From: Actinomycetales bacterium
Lineage (GTDB): Bacteria; Actinomycetota; Actinomycetes; Acidothermales; Acidothermaceae
DNA length: 24,000 bases
Direction of reading: 5' to 3'
Assembly (NCBI GenBank): GCA_040255675.1
Contig: JBDZVM010000006.1
Location: forward strand, 101,607 to 125,606
The notes beneath the pieces were generated by a model that worked only from the letters and a program-made list of their open reading frames with translations, was not told the DNA's origin and did no database searches. Position numbers and translations under genes: made by a program. Of the stretch, positions 14,984 to 23,879 are shown in pieces. Every line of letters begins with the position of its first letter. Positions within the stretch are counted from its first letter, which is position 1.

Positions 14984-16186
14984 GTGCGTTCGAAGAAGCT
15001 GACCTCCATCGAACTGTTCGCGGGTGGCGGTGGCATGGCAGTCGGCCTTCACTTGGCTGGCCTCGAGCATGCGGCACTCGTGGAGTGGGACGCGAAAGCC
15101 TGCGAAACGCTGAGACGTAACGCGACAGCGGGACGCCGAGGCCCGTGGCGTCCGGAGGCCGTCATCGAAGACGATGTTCGTCACTTCGCGGAAAATGTGG
15201 CCTCGGCCGTCGACGCGGACGTCGACGTCGTCGCGGGAGGCCCGCCGTGCCAGCCGTTTTCCCTTGGTGGGCTCCATGCCGGCGATGACGATCGACGCAA
15301 CATGTTCCCCGCCGCGATCGACGTCGTCCGTCGCACGGAACCCAAGGCGTTCGTGTTCGAGAACGTGCCCGGCTTGGTGAGGCCGTCGTTTCGCCCGTAC
15401 TTCGATTACATCGAGTCGCGGCTTCGCGAGCCTACGGTGCTGGCACGGCGGTCCGAAACGTGGCGCGATCACCGCGACCGGCTTGCCAAGAAGCCGCGAG
15501 GCGCGAGGTCGCTGCGATACAAGGTCACCCACGCGGTACTGAACGCGGCCGACTTCGGCGTGCCGCAGGTACGTCGCCGCGTTTTCATGATCGGTATACG
15601 TGAACATCTCGGCGTCGAATGGTCGTGGGACGACCTGCGCAAGCCATATTCGGACGACGCCTTGATGTACGCGCAGTGGGTCGAACCGAGCTATTGGGAG
15701 GAGCACCACCTCGAACCTCCTCCCGTGCCCGACTCGATATCCGGCGATCGACTGCACCGGCTAAAGCTCGAAGGGCCCCCTGCAACCAGACGCTGGCGCA
15801 CCGTGCGCGATCTCGTCGCGGGCCTACCCGCGCCGGGGATCGGGGAGTCGCCGGAAGGTGTGCTGAACCATATCGGCGTTCCTGGCGCGCGCGCATATCC
15901 GGGCCATACCGGAAGCCTTATCGACTGGCCGGCAAAGACGATCAAGGCGGGCGTTCATGGTGTTTGCGGTGGCGAGGCCATGATCCGCGATTGGGATGGA
16001 GCGCTGCGGTACATGACCGTGCGCGAAAGCGCGCGGGCGCAATCCTTCCCAGACTGGTACGAATTCGTGGGCGCGAGATCGACAGCCATGCGCCACATCG
16101 GAAATGCTGTCGCGGTAGAGGTGGCGCGTGCCGTCGGCGTAAAGCTTCGGGCAACACTTCGGGCAGCCCGGTCTGAAACGCTGTAG
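14984..16186 (+). CDS. DNA (cytosine-5)-methyltransferase (Dcm-type), specificity unknown
   Basis: The C5-MTase motifs I recognise are in canonical order: I ELFAGGGGM, IV GGPPCQPFS, VI FVFENVPGL, VIII QVRRRVFMIG, IX RYMTVRESARAQSFPDWY and X GNAVAVEVA. A variable region of roughly 140 aa (TRD) lies between VIII and IX. Confidence 0.95.
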   Translation: MRSKKLTSIELFAGGGGMAVGLHLAGLEHAALVEWDAKACETLRRNATAGRRGPWRPEAVIEDDVRHFAENVASAVDADVDVVAGGPPCQPFSLGGLHAGDDDRRNMFPAAIDVVRRTEPKAFVFENVPGLVRPSFRPYFDYIESRLREPTVLARRSETWRDHRDRLAKKPRGARSLRYKVTHAVLNAADFGVPQVRRRVFMIGIREHLGVEWSWDDLRKPYSDDALMYAQWVEPSYWEEHHLEPPPVPDSISGDRLHRLKLEGPPATRRWRTVRDLVAGLPAPGIGESPEGVLNHIGVPGARAYPGHTGSLIDWPAKTIKAGVHGVCGGEAMIRDWDGALRYMTVRESARAQSFPDWYEFVGARSTAMRHIGNAVAVEVARAVGVKLRATLRAARSETL

Positions 16187-16224
16187 GCGACGAACGATTT
16201 AGGCGGATGGCGCGGTGACAGACG

Positions 16225-16695
16225 ATGGCGAGCCGTGACCCAGCCGTTACCTCCTACATCATGTCGCACGTTCGGTCGCGTGATACTGAGCCTGAGATGC
16301 TGCTTCGCCGGGAATTGTGGACGCGTGGCCTGCGATACCGGATCCATTCAAAACTCCCGGGCAAACCAGATTTGGTCTTTACGCGGCGTCGGCTCGCGGT
16401 ATTCGTCGACGGTGATTTTTGGCACGGGCACGGCTGGGCGGCACGGGGCTTTACCAGCATGGAAGAACAATTCCGCAACCATCGCGACCCCGATAAGTGG
16501 ATCGCCAAGATTCGCCGTAACGTCGAGCGAGATCGCGAGGTTGAGCGCCGTCTTCGCGACGCCGGCTGGAGGGTGTACCGCGTTTTGGAGAGCGAGATTC
16601 GCGCGGACGTCGCCTCAGCCGCCGATGGCGTCGCGCGCCTTTTGGCCGGCAGGGAAGGAAGGGAGGACAGCCCTCCTCATCGACGCACCTCGTAG
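16225..16695 (+). CDS. vsr: Very-short-patch repair endonuclease
   Basis: Motifs SHVRSRDTEPE, LPGKPDLVF and AVFVDGDFWHGH match the Vsr family. It lies immediately downstream of the C5-MTase, as in E. coli dcm-vsr. Confidence 0.92.
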   Translation: MASRDPAVTSYIMSHVRSRDTEPEMLLRRELWTRGLRYRIHSKLPGKPDLVFTRRRLAVFVDGDFWHGHGWAARGFTSMEEQFRNHRDPDKWIAKIRRNVERDREVERRLRDAGWRVYRVLESEIRADVASAADGVARLLAGREGREDSPPHRRTS

Positions 16696-17429
16696 CGCGC
16701 GTAGAGCAGCTCGTCGTCGTCCAGCAATAGGTGGGTCAGCCGAAGACGCGCCGGCGGTTGCATGACTGGGCCGTCGAGGATGCGTCGCGACGGCCCGCCG
16801 ACGAGCAGCGGTGAGATGGTGAGGCACAACTCGTCGAGGGCACCGCTCGCGGCGACGTCACCGAGCAGGGTCGGGCCGCCTTCGCACAGCAGCCGGTGGT
16901 AGCCGCGCTCGGCCAGCGCCTCGACCATCAGCGGGGGCTCGACGACTTTCGCTCCGGCGAGCACGACGTCGGCTACCTTGCGGGCTTCACGTAGCCGGTC
17001 TTGCGGCGCGGTCTCGCAGGTGACGACGATCGGCCGTTGCTTCTCGTTCGTGAAGTAGCGCGACGAGAAATCGAGCCGGAGCTGGTTCGACACCACGGCC
17101 ATCACCGGCGCGGGCGGCTGGCCGGCGGCGGCACGCGCGGCCTGGTACTCCTGGCGCACCCGCGCCGGACCGTAGCCTTCGGTGATCACCGTGCCGGAGC
17201 CGGCGATGACGACGTCCGACAGCGCCCGGAGCAGGCCGAGCACGCGTTGGTCGGTCGGGTTGCCGAGCCCGCCGGCGCGGCCTTCGAGAGTCGCGGCGCC
17301 GTCGGCGCTCGCGATCATGTTGCCGCGCAGCCACGGCCGCTCGCGCACGGAGTCGGGGTAGGCGTAAGCGGCGACGAGGTCGATGTCGTCGGCGGGTGTC
17401 GGAAGCAGTTGGCGCACGCGAACAGTCAA
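16677..17429 (-). CDS. RibD C-terminal-domain (pyrimidine reductase / DHFR-like) family protein, Rv2671-like
   Basis: Motifs WLRGNMIASADGAATLEG, LRALSDVVIAGSGTVITEGYG, LLCEGGPTLLGD and LTISPLLVGG. The tracked start is TTG 17429, directly abutting the treZ stop. GTG 17417 is an alternative start. Confidence 0.85.
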   Translation of the reverse strand: MTVRVRQLLPTPADDIDLVAAYAYPDSVRERPWLRGNMIASADGAATLEGRAGGLGNPTDQRVLGLLRALSDVVIAGSGTVITEGYGPARVRQEYQAARAAAGQPPAPVMAVVSNQLRLDFSSRYFTNEKQRPIVVTCETAPQDRLREARKVADVVLAGAKVVEPPLMVEALAERGYHRLLCEGGPTLLGDVAASGALDELCLTISPLLVGGPSRRILDGPVMQPPARLRLTHLLLDDDELLYARYEVRR

Positions 17430-19169
17430 TCAGGACGCCGGAGTCGGGTGCCGCAGGATCGCGACGGATTCGCCCGGCAGGCGCACCTCGCCGCCGCGGA
17501 CTTCGACGGACGCCGACGAGAGCAGCACCTCGGAGGCGGGTGACGAGACGGCATGGGGCGCGACGACACGAGGTTCGGGGGAAAGATTGGCGACGACGAC
17601 CACCGAGCCGCGGGTGACCGTCATGGTACGCGCTCGATCGTCAGCGACCGCTTCGACGTTGCCGAACTCGCCGTCGCGCAGATCGGGCTGGCGCCGCCGC
17701 AACGCGATCAGGTCGCGATACCACCGCAGCGTGTCGCGATGCTGCGGTTGCTCGACTTCGTTCCAGTCGAGGGTCGAACGCGCCCTCGTCGCCGGGTCTT
17801 GCGGGTCGGGCACCTCGTCGGGGCGCCAACCGAACGCGGCGAATTCGGCACGACGCCCGTCGCGCACCGCGTCGCCGAGCGAAGCGTCTTGGTGGTCGGT
17901 GAAGTACTGCCACGGGGTCGAGGCGCCCCATTCTTCGCCCATGAACAGCATCGGGGTGAAGGGGCTCGTCAGCACGAGCGCCGCCACCACCTTCGCGAGA
18001 TCGGGCGACACCAGATGACAGAGGCGTTCGCCGCGGGCGCGATTCCCGATTTGGTCGTGGTTTTGCGAGTAGCCGAAGAGCTGATGCCCGCACACCGACG
18101 GCGGTAGTGGGCGGCCGTGCCGGCGCCGTCGATGCGGCGAATACTGGCCGGCATAGACGTAACCGCCTGTCAACGCGGTGGCGAGATCGGCGAGCAACCC
18201 GAAATCCTCGTAATAGCCCGACTTTTCGCCGGTCACGACAGTGTGAATCGCGTGGTGGAAGTCGTCGCTCCACTGGGCGTGAACGCCGTAGCCGCCGAGG
18301 TCGCGCCTGACGACGATGCGTGGGTCGTTTCGGTCAGACTCGGCGATCAAGACCAGCTGCCGGCCGAGTTCGGCGCTGAGCGCGTCGGTTTCTGCCGCCA
18401 GCTGCTCGAGAATGTGCGTCGCCGATGTGTCGACGATGGCGTGGACGGCGTCGAGCCGCAGCCCGTCGAGCCGGTAATCGCGAAACCACATCAGCGCGTT
18501 GTCGATGAAATAGCGGCGGACGACGTCGGAATCGGCCTCGCTGAAATTGACCGCCTTGCCCCAGGGCGTCGAGTAGTGATCGGTGAAATAAGGCCCGTAC
18601 GCCGGTAGCACATTGCCGTCGGGGCCGAGGTGGTTATAGACGACGTCGAGAATCACCCGCAAGTCGCGCCCGTGGCAGGCGTCGACGAAGCGCTTGAAGC
18701 CGTCAGGCCCTCCGTAAGAATTTTGGACGGCGTAAGGGAAAACGCCGTCATAACCCCACCCGTGCTTGCCCGGAAACGCCGCGACCGGCATGACCTCGAC
18801 GGCGTCGACGCCAAGGCCGACCAGGTGGTCGAGCTTGGCGGTCGCGGCCTCGAACGTTCCTTCAACGGTGAAGGTTCCGATGTGCAGCTCGTACACCACC
18901 GAGCCGAGCACGTCGGCACCGTTCCATGAATCGTGCTGCCATGCGAAGGCGGCGTGGTCGACGACGCGGCTTAATCCGTGAACACCGTGCGGTTGCCATG
19001 CCGAGCGCGGGTCGGGCAACGGGGTTTCGCCGTCCAGTGAAAAGCCGTAATCACAGCCGCTTTCGAGGTCGGCGTGCCACCAGCCCCGACCGGTCGCCGA
19101 CATCGGGCGCGATCGCCCGTCGACGACGGCGTCGACGCGCCCGTGGCGCGGCGCCCACACGGTCGTCAC
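17430..19169 (-). CDS. treZ: Malto-oligosyltrehalose trehalohydrolase
   Basis: GH13 motifs are DVVYNHLGPDGN, GLRLDAVHAI, LIAESD and YSQNHDQIGNR. I place the start at GTG 19169 (VTTVWAPRHGRV...), which overlaps the stop of the upstream small gene (GTGA). The 293-aa Arg-rich extension of the tracked ORF is rejected. Confidence 0.92.
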   Translation of the reverse strand: MTTVWAPRHGRVDAVVDGRSRPMSATGRGWWHADLESGCDYGFSLDGETPLPDPRSAWQPHGVHGLSRVVDHAAFAWQHDSWNGADVLGSVVYELHIGTFTVEGTFEAATAKLDHLVGLGVDAVEVMPVAAFPGKHGWGYDGVFPYAVQNSYGGPDGFKRFVDACHGRDLRVILDVVYNHLGPDGNVLPAYGPYFTDHYSTPWGKAVNFSEADSDVVRRYFIDNALMWFRDYRLDGLRLDAVHAIVDTSATHILEQLAAETDALSAELGRQLVLIAESDRNDPRIVVRRDLGGYGVHAQWSDDFHHAIHTVVTGEKSGYYEDFGLLADLATALTGGYVYAGQYSPHRRRRHGRPLPPSVCGHQLFGYSQNHDQIGNRARGERLCHLVSPDLAKVVAALVLTSPFTPMLFMGEEWGASTPWQYFTDHQDASLGDAVRDGRRAEFAAFGWRPDEVPDPQDPATRARSTLDWNEVEQPQHRDTLRWYRDLIALRRRQPDLRDGEFGNVEAVADDRARTMTVTRGSVVVVANLSPEPRVVAPHAVSSPASEVLLSSASVEVRGGEVRLPGESVAILRHPTPAS

Positions 19170-19414
19170 CGACGGCGGCTTCCGGCACCGAAGAGGGTCA
19201 CGAGCAGCGCCGCGATGACGACCTGGATCACGAAGATGGCCCAAAAGCCGACGTGGGCGGCGACGCCGATCGCGGTGCCCGCGATCGCGCCCACGATGCC
19301 GATGCAGATGGTGAGCAAGCAGCCGAGCGGACGACGGCCAGGCGCGAGAAAGCGGCCTAGCAGGCCGATGACCAGCCCAGCCACGAGCGCCGAAACGACT
19401 CCGGATATCTCCAT
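19166..19414 (-). CDS. GlsB/YeaQ/YmgE-family small membrane protein (transglycosylase-associated family)
   Basis: 82 aa with three Gly-rich hydrophobic helices (VVSALVAGLVIGLLGRFLAPG...CIGIVGAIAGTAIG...VVIAALLVTLFG), typical of this family. The junction reads TAG-GGAGG-CAGC-ATG after treY, and the stop overlaps the treZ GTG start. Confidence 0.75.
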   Translation of the reverse strand: MEISGVVSALVAGLVIGLLGRFLAPGRRPLGCLLTICIGIVGAIAGTAIGVAAHVGFWAIFVIQVVIAALLVTLFGAGSRRR

Positions 19415-19423
19415 GCTGCCTCC

Positions 19424-21751
19424 CTACGCGCCGGTCGTCGTCAACGTCACCCCGGGAACGAGGAGCGCGGCGGTCGCGCCGCGCAACACTTCCTCGACCT
19501 TGCGCGCGCCCGCGCCGTGCTCGCGGCCGCTCAACGCGTCGACCCAGGTGCCTTTCGGCAAGACGATTTTCGTGTCGCGCCAGCCTCCGGTACGACGCAG
19601 CCGGGCGGTAAATCGCGCGGCGAGCGTCACGAGCGAGCCAGACCGTGCGAATGCCACCAGATGTTCGGCGGCTGGGCCTTGGGCCAGCAGCGGCTCGTAG
19701 CTGGCAAACCATTCGGGGTGCTCGCGTCGCAATCGCAGCACGGTGGCGGTGATGCGTAGTTTGTCGTCGAGCAACGACAGCAAGGCCTCGCGCCGCACGC
19801 CGAAGTCGACCGGCCCGCGATTGTCGGGGTCGACGAGGTTGAATGTCGCGAGTTCGCAGCCCTGGTAGATATCCGGAATACCGGGCATCGTCAGCTGAAT
19901 CAACTTCTGCGTCAACGAATTCGCGGCGGCGGCGGGTTCGATCGTGGCGACGAACATGCCAACATCCGCCATGACGCCGTCGTCGTCGAACACCGCGTCG
20001 ACAAAGCGGCGCACGGCGGCCTCGTATCGTTCGTCGGGCCGATGCCACGACGTCGCGAGCTTGGCCTCGCGGGTCGCTTTTTCCATGTATCGGACGGCGC
20101 GGGGCGCGTCAAGCGGCCACGCGCCGACGATTGTCTGCCAGAAGAAATATCCGGTGCGAGCGTCTGGGCAACCCAACTTTTCGCCGAGCGAAAGCCATCG
20201 GGTGACGGCGTGCTCCCATTCGTCGGCCACTTCAGACAGGACGGCGATGCGGGCCCGCACGTCTTCGCCGCGCTTGGTGTCGTGCGTCGACAACGTGGTC
20301 ATCGCGGACGGCGAATGAGCCTGCAAGGCCAAGGAGAATTCGTGGAACTCAGGAATCGAGATTCCGAATTTCGCGGGGTCGCCGCCGACTTCGTTGAGCG
20401 ACAGCAGCCGGGAATGCCGGTAAAACGCGGTGTCTTCGACGCCCTTGGCGTAGAGCGCGGCGGCAGTTTGCCCGAAGCGGGTCGCGAACTCGCTGCCGTC
20501 GAGAGCGTGGGCGAGCACCGCTTCGACGTGGCGGCTGTTGTGGGGGCGTCGCCTGATCGCTTCTTCGCACGCCCGCTCGAGCGATTCGACAGTGCGCGGT
20601 GAGGTGGCGAACGGCCGGTACACGTCGAGGCCGCACAAAACATCGACGATCGCCTCGCGCGCTGAAGCACGCTCGCCCGCCTCGCCGCCGGGTAGCAAAC
20701 GAGCGAGCCGGTTCACTTCCGGAAGCAGCACTTGCTCGGCGACAAGTCGCTTGCCCGTCTCGGCAACCGGAGCGAATTCCGGTGCGTCGCCGGTAGCTTC
20801 GGTGTAAATCCGGTTTAGCGGCGCCTCGCCTCGAGGGTCGACGAGCAGGCTGTTCACCGCGTTTAACGCGTCGTATCCCGTGGTGCCCGCGCTCGCCCAG
20901 TCGGGCGGCAGCGGTTCCCTACGGGCCAAAATCTTTTCGACGACGGTCCACCGAGAGCCGGCGACTTGCGCGAGTCGGGCCAGGTATTCACCAGGGTTGG
21001 CCAAGCCGTCGGGGTGGTCGATCCGCAATCCATCGATGGCCCCCTTGCCGACCAACTCGACAATCACGGCGTGCGTGGCGTCGAATACTTCGGGGTCTTC
21101 GACCCGCACGCCGATCAGCGAGGTGATGTCGACGAAGCGCCGGTAGTTGAGCACGGACGCCGCGGCTCGCCAGTCGGCGAGCCGGTAGTGCTGCGCTTCG
21201 AGGAGTTCTTCAAGCGGCAACGACTCAGTACCCTCGGCGACGGGGAAGCGGTGGTCGAAGTAGCGCAGCACCGGTTCGCCGTCTTCGTCGGCGACGCGCA
21301 GATTAGCCAGGTTGTGAGCGAGTGGCCCGTCGAGGAACGGCAAGACGACGCGGCCGCCGCCCGCCTGCCAGTCGATGTCGAACCAGCGCGCGAAGGGCGA
21401 GGACTGGCCTTGACGCAGCACCGACCACAACGCGGCGTTCAACGTTTCGGGGACAGGAATAGCCATGTGGTTCGGCACGATGTCGACGACGACGCCCACG
21501 CCACGCGCCCTCAGCGCTTGCGCCATCGTGTCGAAGCCGTTTTCGCCGCCGAGTTCGGGGTTGAGTCGCGCGTGGTCGACGACGTCGTAGCCGTGGGTGG
21601 AGCCCGGTGTCGGGGCGAGGATCGGTGACAGGTACGCGTGTGTGACACCGAGGTCGGCGAGGTAGTCGGCGAGGTTCGCGACGTCAGCGAACGTCAACGC
21701 GGGGCCCATTTGGAGCCGGTACGTCGAGCGAGGGATGTCGTCAGACGGCAC
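19424..21751 (-). CDS. treY: Malto-oligosyltrehalose synthase
   Basis: Motifs PRSTYRLQ...[35 protein letters not shown] and [15 protein letters not shown] place the start at GTG 21751 ([14 protein letters not shown]), which overlaps the last 11 nt of glgX. The tracked upstream extension is rejected. Confidence 0.92.
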   Translation of the reverse strand: MPSDDIPRSTYRLQMGPALTFADVANLADYLADLGVTHAYLSPILAPTPGSTHGYDVVDHARLNPELGGENGFDTMAQALRARGVGVVVDIVPNHMAIPVPETLNAALWSVLRQGQSSPFARWFDIDWQAGGGRVVLPFLDGPLAHNLANLRVADEDGEPVLRYFDHRFPVAEGTESLPLEELLEAQHYRLADWRAAASVLNYRRFVDITSLIGVRVEDPEVFDATHAVIVELVGKGAIDGLRIDHPDGLANPGEYLARLAQVAGSRWTVVEKILARREPLPPDWASAGTTGYDALNAVNSLLVDPRGEAPLNRIYTEATGDAPEFAPVAETGKRLVAEQVLLPEVNRLARLLPGGEAGERASAREAIVDVLCGLDVYRPFATSPRTVESLERACEEAIRRRPHNSRHVEAVLAHALDGSEFATRFGQTAAALYAKGVEDTAFYRHSRLLSLNEVGGDPAKFGISIPEFHEFSLALQAHSPSAMTTLSTHDTKRGEDVRARIAVLSEVADEWEHAVTRWLSLGEKLGCPDARTGYFFWQTIVGAWPLDAPRAVRYMEKATREAKLATSWHRPDERYEAAVRRFVDAVFDDDGVMADVGMFVATIEPAAAANSLTQKLIQLTMPGIPDIYQGCELATFNLVDPDNRGPVDFGVRREALLSLLDDKLRITATVLRLRREHPEWFASYEPLLAQGPAAEHLVAFARSGSLVTLAARFTARLRRTGGWRDTKIVLPKGTWVDALSGREHGAGARKVEEVLRGATAALLVPGVTLTTTGA

Positions 21752-23879
21752 GTTGCAGCACCAGCGCCGATCTGGCTTCGACCTTGACGACGGTCTCGGC
21801 CTTGAGGGTCGGCCGTTCGACGTCGACCGGGCTTGTTGTGTCGACCGCGATCTCCCAGCGTTCTCCGTACTCGGCGGCGGGAAGCGTGAAGTCGATCTCG
21901 GCGTCGGCCGCGTTGAACAGCAGCAGGAACGAATCGTCGACGACCTTTTGACCACGCGGATCGGGCGAAGGAATCGCGTCGCCGTTCAAGAACACCGCGA
22001 CCGATTTCGCGTAACCGGTGTCCCAGTCGCTTTGCGTCATTTCAGTACCGGACGGCGTGAACCACGCGATGTCGCGCAGGGCCTCGCCCGCCACGTGCAA
22101 AGGCTTGCCGTCGAAGAAGCGGCGGCGCCGGAATACCGGATGGTCGTGACGCAACTTCGTCAGCAGTCGGGTGAATTGCAACTGGACGTCGTGCTGAGAA
22201 TTCTTGTTCCAATCGATCCACGACGTTTCGTTGTCTTGGCAGTACGCGTTGTTGTTACCGCTTTGAGTGCGGCCGAACTCGTCGCCGTAGAGCAGCATCG
22301 GAACGCCTTGTGACACCAGTAAAGTGGTGAGGAAGTTGCGTTTTTGCTTTTCCCGCAGGGAAAGCACTTCGACGTCGTCGGTTGGCCCTTCGGATCCGCA
22401 GTTCCACGATCGATTGTCGTCGGTGCCGTCGCGGTTATCCTCGCCGTTGGCTTCGTTGTGCTTGTCGTTGTAAGAGACGAGGTCTTGCAGTGTGAATCCG
22501 TCGTGAGCCGTCACGAAATTGATCGACGCCATGGGGCGGCGTCCGGTTGCTTCGTAGAGGTCGCTCGACCCGGTGAGGCGAGAAGCGAACTCGCCGAGCG
22601 TGGCCGGCTCACCCCGCCAGAAATCGCGGACCGTGTCGCGGTACTTGCCGTTCCATTCGCTCCACAGGGGAGGGAAGTTGCCGACTTGGTAGCCGCCTTC
22701 GCCGACGTCCCATGGCTCGGCGATGAGTTTCACTTGGCTCACCACCGGGTCTTGTTGCACCAAGTCGAAGAACGCCGACAACCGGTCGACGTCGTGAAGT
22801 TCGCGCGCGAGCACCGACGCGAGGTCGAAACGAAAGCCGTCGACGTGCATCTCGGTGATCCAGTAACGCAGCGAATCCATGATGAGTTGCAGTGCGTGGG
22901 GGTTGCGCGCATTGAGGCTGTTGCCGGTGCCGGTGTAATCCATATACATCGCCGGGTTGTCGTCGGTCAGCCGGTAGTAGGCGGCGTTGTCGAGGCCCCG
23001 AAACGACAGCGTGGGCCCGAGATGGTTGCCTTCGGCCGTGTGGTTGTAGACGACGTCCAAAATCACTTCGATGCCGGCTTCGTGCAAGGTGCGCACCATC
23101 GCCTTGAACTCGCTCACCTGGTCACCGCGATCGCCGGCGGCAGAGTAACCGTTGTGTGGGGCGAGATAGCCGATCGTGTTGTAGCCCCAGTAGTTCGAAA
23201 GACCTTTTTCGTGCAGGTACATTCCGGTGACGAACTGGTGCACCGGCATCAGTTCGACGGCGGTGATGCCGAGCGAGGTGAGGTATTCGACCATCACCGG
23301 GTGTGCGAGACCGGCGTAGGTGCCGCGTACTCGCTCGGGGATGTCAGGGTGCTTGATCGTCATGCCTTTGACGTGCGCCTCGTAAATCAACGACGCGTGA
23401 TATGGGATGTTCAGCTGATGGTCGTTGCGCCAGTCGAAATAGGGGTTGATGACCACCGACTTCATAGTGTGCGGCGCGGAATCGGCGTCGTTGCGCTCGT
23501 CGGGCGATCCGAACCGGTAGCCGAAGAGGGCCTCGTCCCAATCGACGCTGCCCTCGATCGCCTTCGCGTACGGGTCGAGCAGCAGCTTGTTCGGATTGCA
23601 CCGCTGGCCCTGCCCCGGGTTGTACGGGCCGTGCACGCGAAAGCCGTACCGCTGGCCAGGGCCGACATTCGGCAAGTAACCGTGCCAGACGAACGCGTCG
23701 TACTCGGACAGCGTGACCCGCGTCTCGCCCGGGGTTGCGCTGCCGTCGTCGTCGAACAGGCACAACTCCACGGAGTCGGCAACCTCGGAGAACACGGCGA
23801 AGTTGGTGCCGGCGCCGTCGAAGGTCGCGCCGAGCGGGTAGGGCGTGCCTGGCCATACTTCGATCTTCATATCGCTCAT
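21741..23879 (-). CDS. glgX: Glycogen debranching enzyme GlgX/TreX
   Basis: The N-terminus is [27 protein letters not shown]13 motifs are [29 protein letters not shown] and [20 protein letters not shown] lies 4 nt upstream of ATG 23879; ATG 23870 is an alternative start. Confidence 0.95.
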   Translation of the reverse strand: MSDMKIEVWPGTPYPLGATFDGAGTNFAVFSEVADSVELCLFDDDGSATPGETRVTLSEYDAFVWHGYLPNVGPGQRYGFRVHGPYNPGQGQRCNPNKLLLDPYAKAIEGSVDWDEALFGYRFGSPDERNDADSAPHTMKSVVINPYFDWRNDHQLNIPYHASLIYEAHVKGMTIKHPDIPERVRGTYAGLAHPVMVEYLTSLGITAVELMPVHQFVTGMYLHEKGLSNYWGYNTIGYLAPHNGYSAAGDRGDQVSEFKAMVRTLHEAGIEVILDVVYNHTAEGNHLGPTLSFRGLDNAAYYRLTDDNPAMYMDYTGTGNSLNARNPHALQLIMDSLRYWITEMHVDGFRFDLASVLARELHDVDRLSAFFDLVQQDPVVSQVKLIAEPWDVGEGGYQVGNFPPLWSEWNGKYRDTVRDFWRGEPATLGEFASRLTGSSDLYEATGRRPMASINFVTAHDGFTLQDLVSYNDKHNEANGEDNRDGTDDNRSWNCGSEGPTDDVEVLSLREKQKRNFLTTLLVSQGVPMLLYGDEFGRTQSGNNNAYCQDNETSWIDWNKNSQHDVQLQFTRLLTKLRHDHPVFRRRRFFDGKPLHVAGEALRDIAWFTPSGTEMTQSDWDTGYAKSVAVFLNGDAIPSPDPRGQKVVDDSFLLLFNAADAEIDFTLPAAEYGERWEIAVDTTSPVDVERPTLKAETVVKVEARSALVLQRAV

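Noticed and set aside
14887-15036. A 50-aa N-terminal extension of the ligase ORF that would overlap the MTase start.
   Set aside because: MELPVMPPIKPMLAK matches the canonical LigC N-terminus. The extension is Pro/Arg-rich and would eliminate the divergent promoter region.
13864-15757. Long shadow ORFs 13864..15120 (+, 418 aa) and 14561..15757 (-, 398 aa). I considered them as a possible hidden restriction endonuclease partner for the MTase.
   Set aside because: Both lie antisense or out of frame to well-supported ligC and MTase coding sequence. They are Arg-rich and show no nuclease motifs (no PD-(D/E)xK or HNH pattern seen). They are typical high-GC shadow frames.
19170-20048. A 293-aa N-terminal extension of the treZ ORF. 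The similar 68-aa extension of treY (21752-21955) falls in the same category.
   Set aside because: Both extensions are extremely Arg/Pro/Ser-rich and overlap bona fide upstream genes (treY, the small membrane gene, glgX) in other frames. Conserved TreZ (VWAP) and TreY (STYRLQ) N-terminal motifs fix the real starts.
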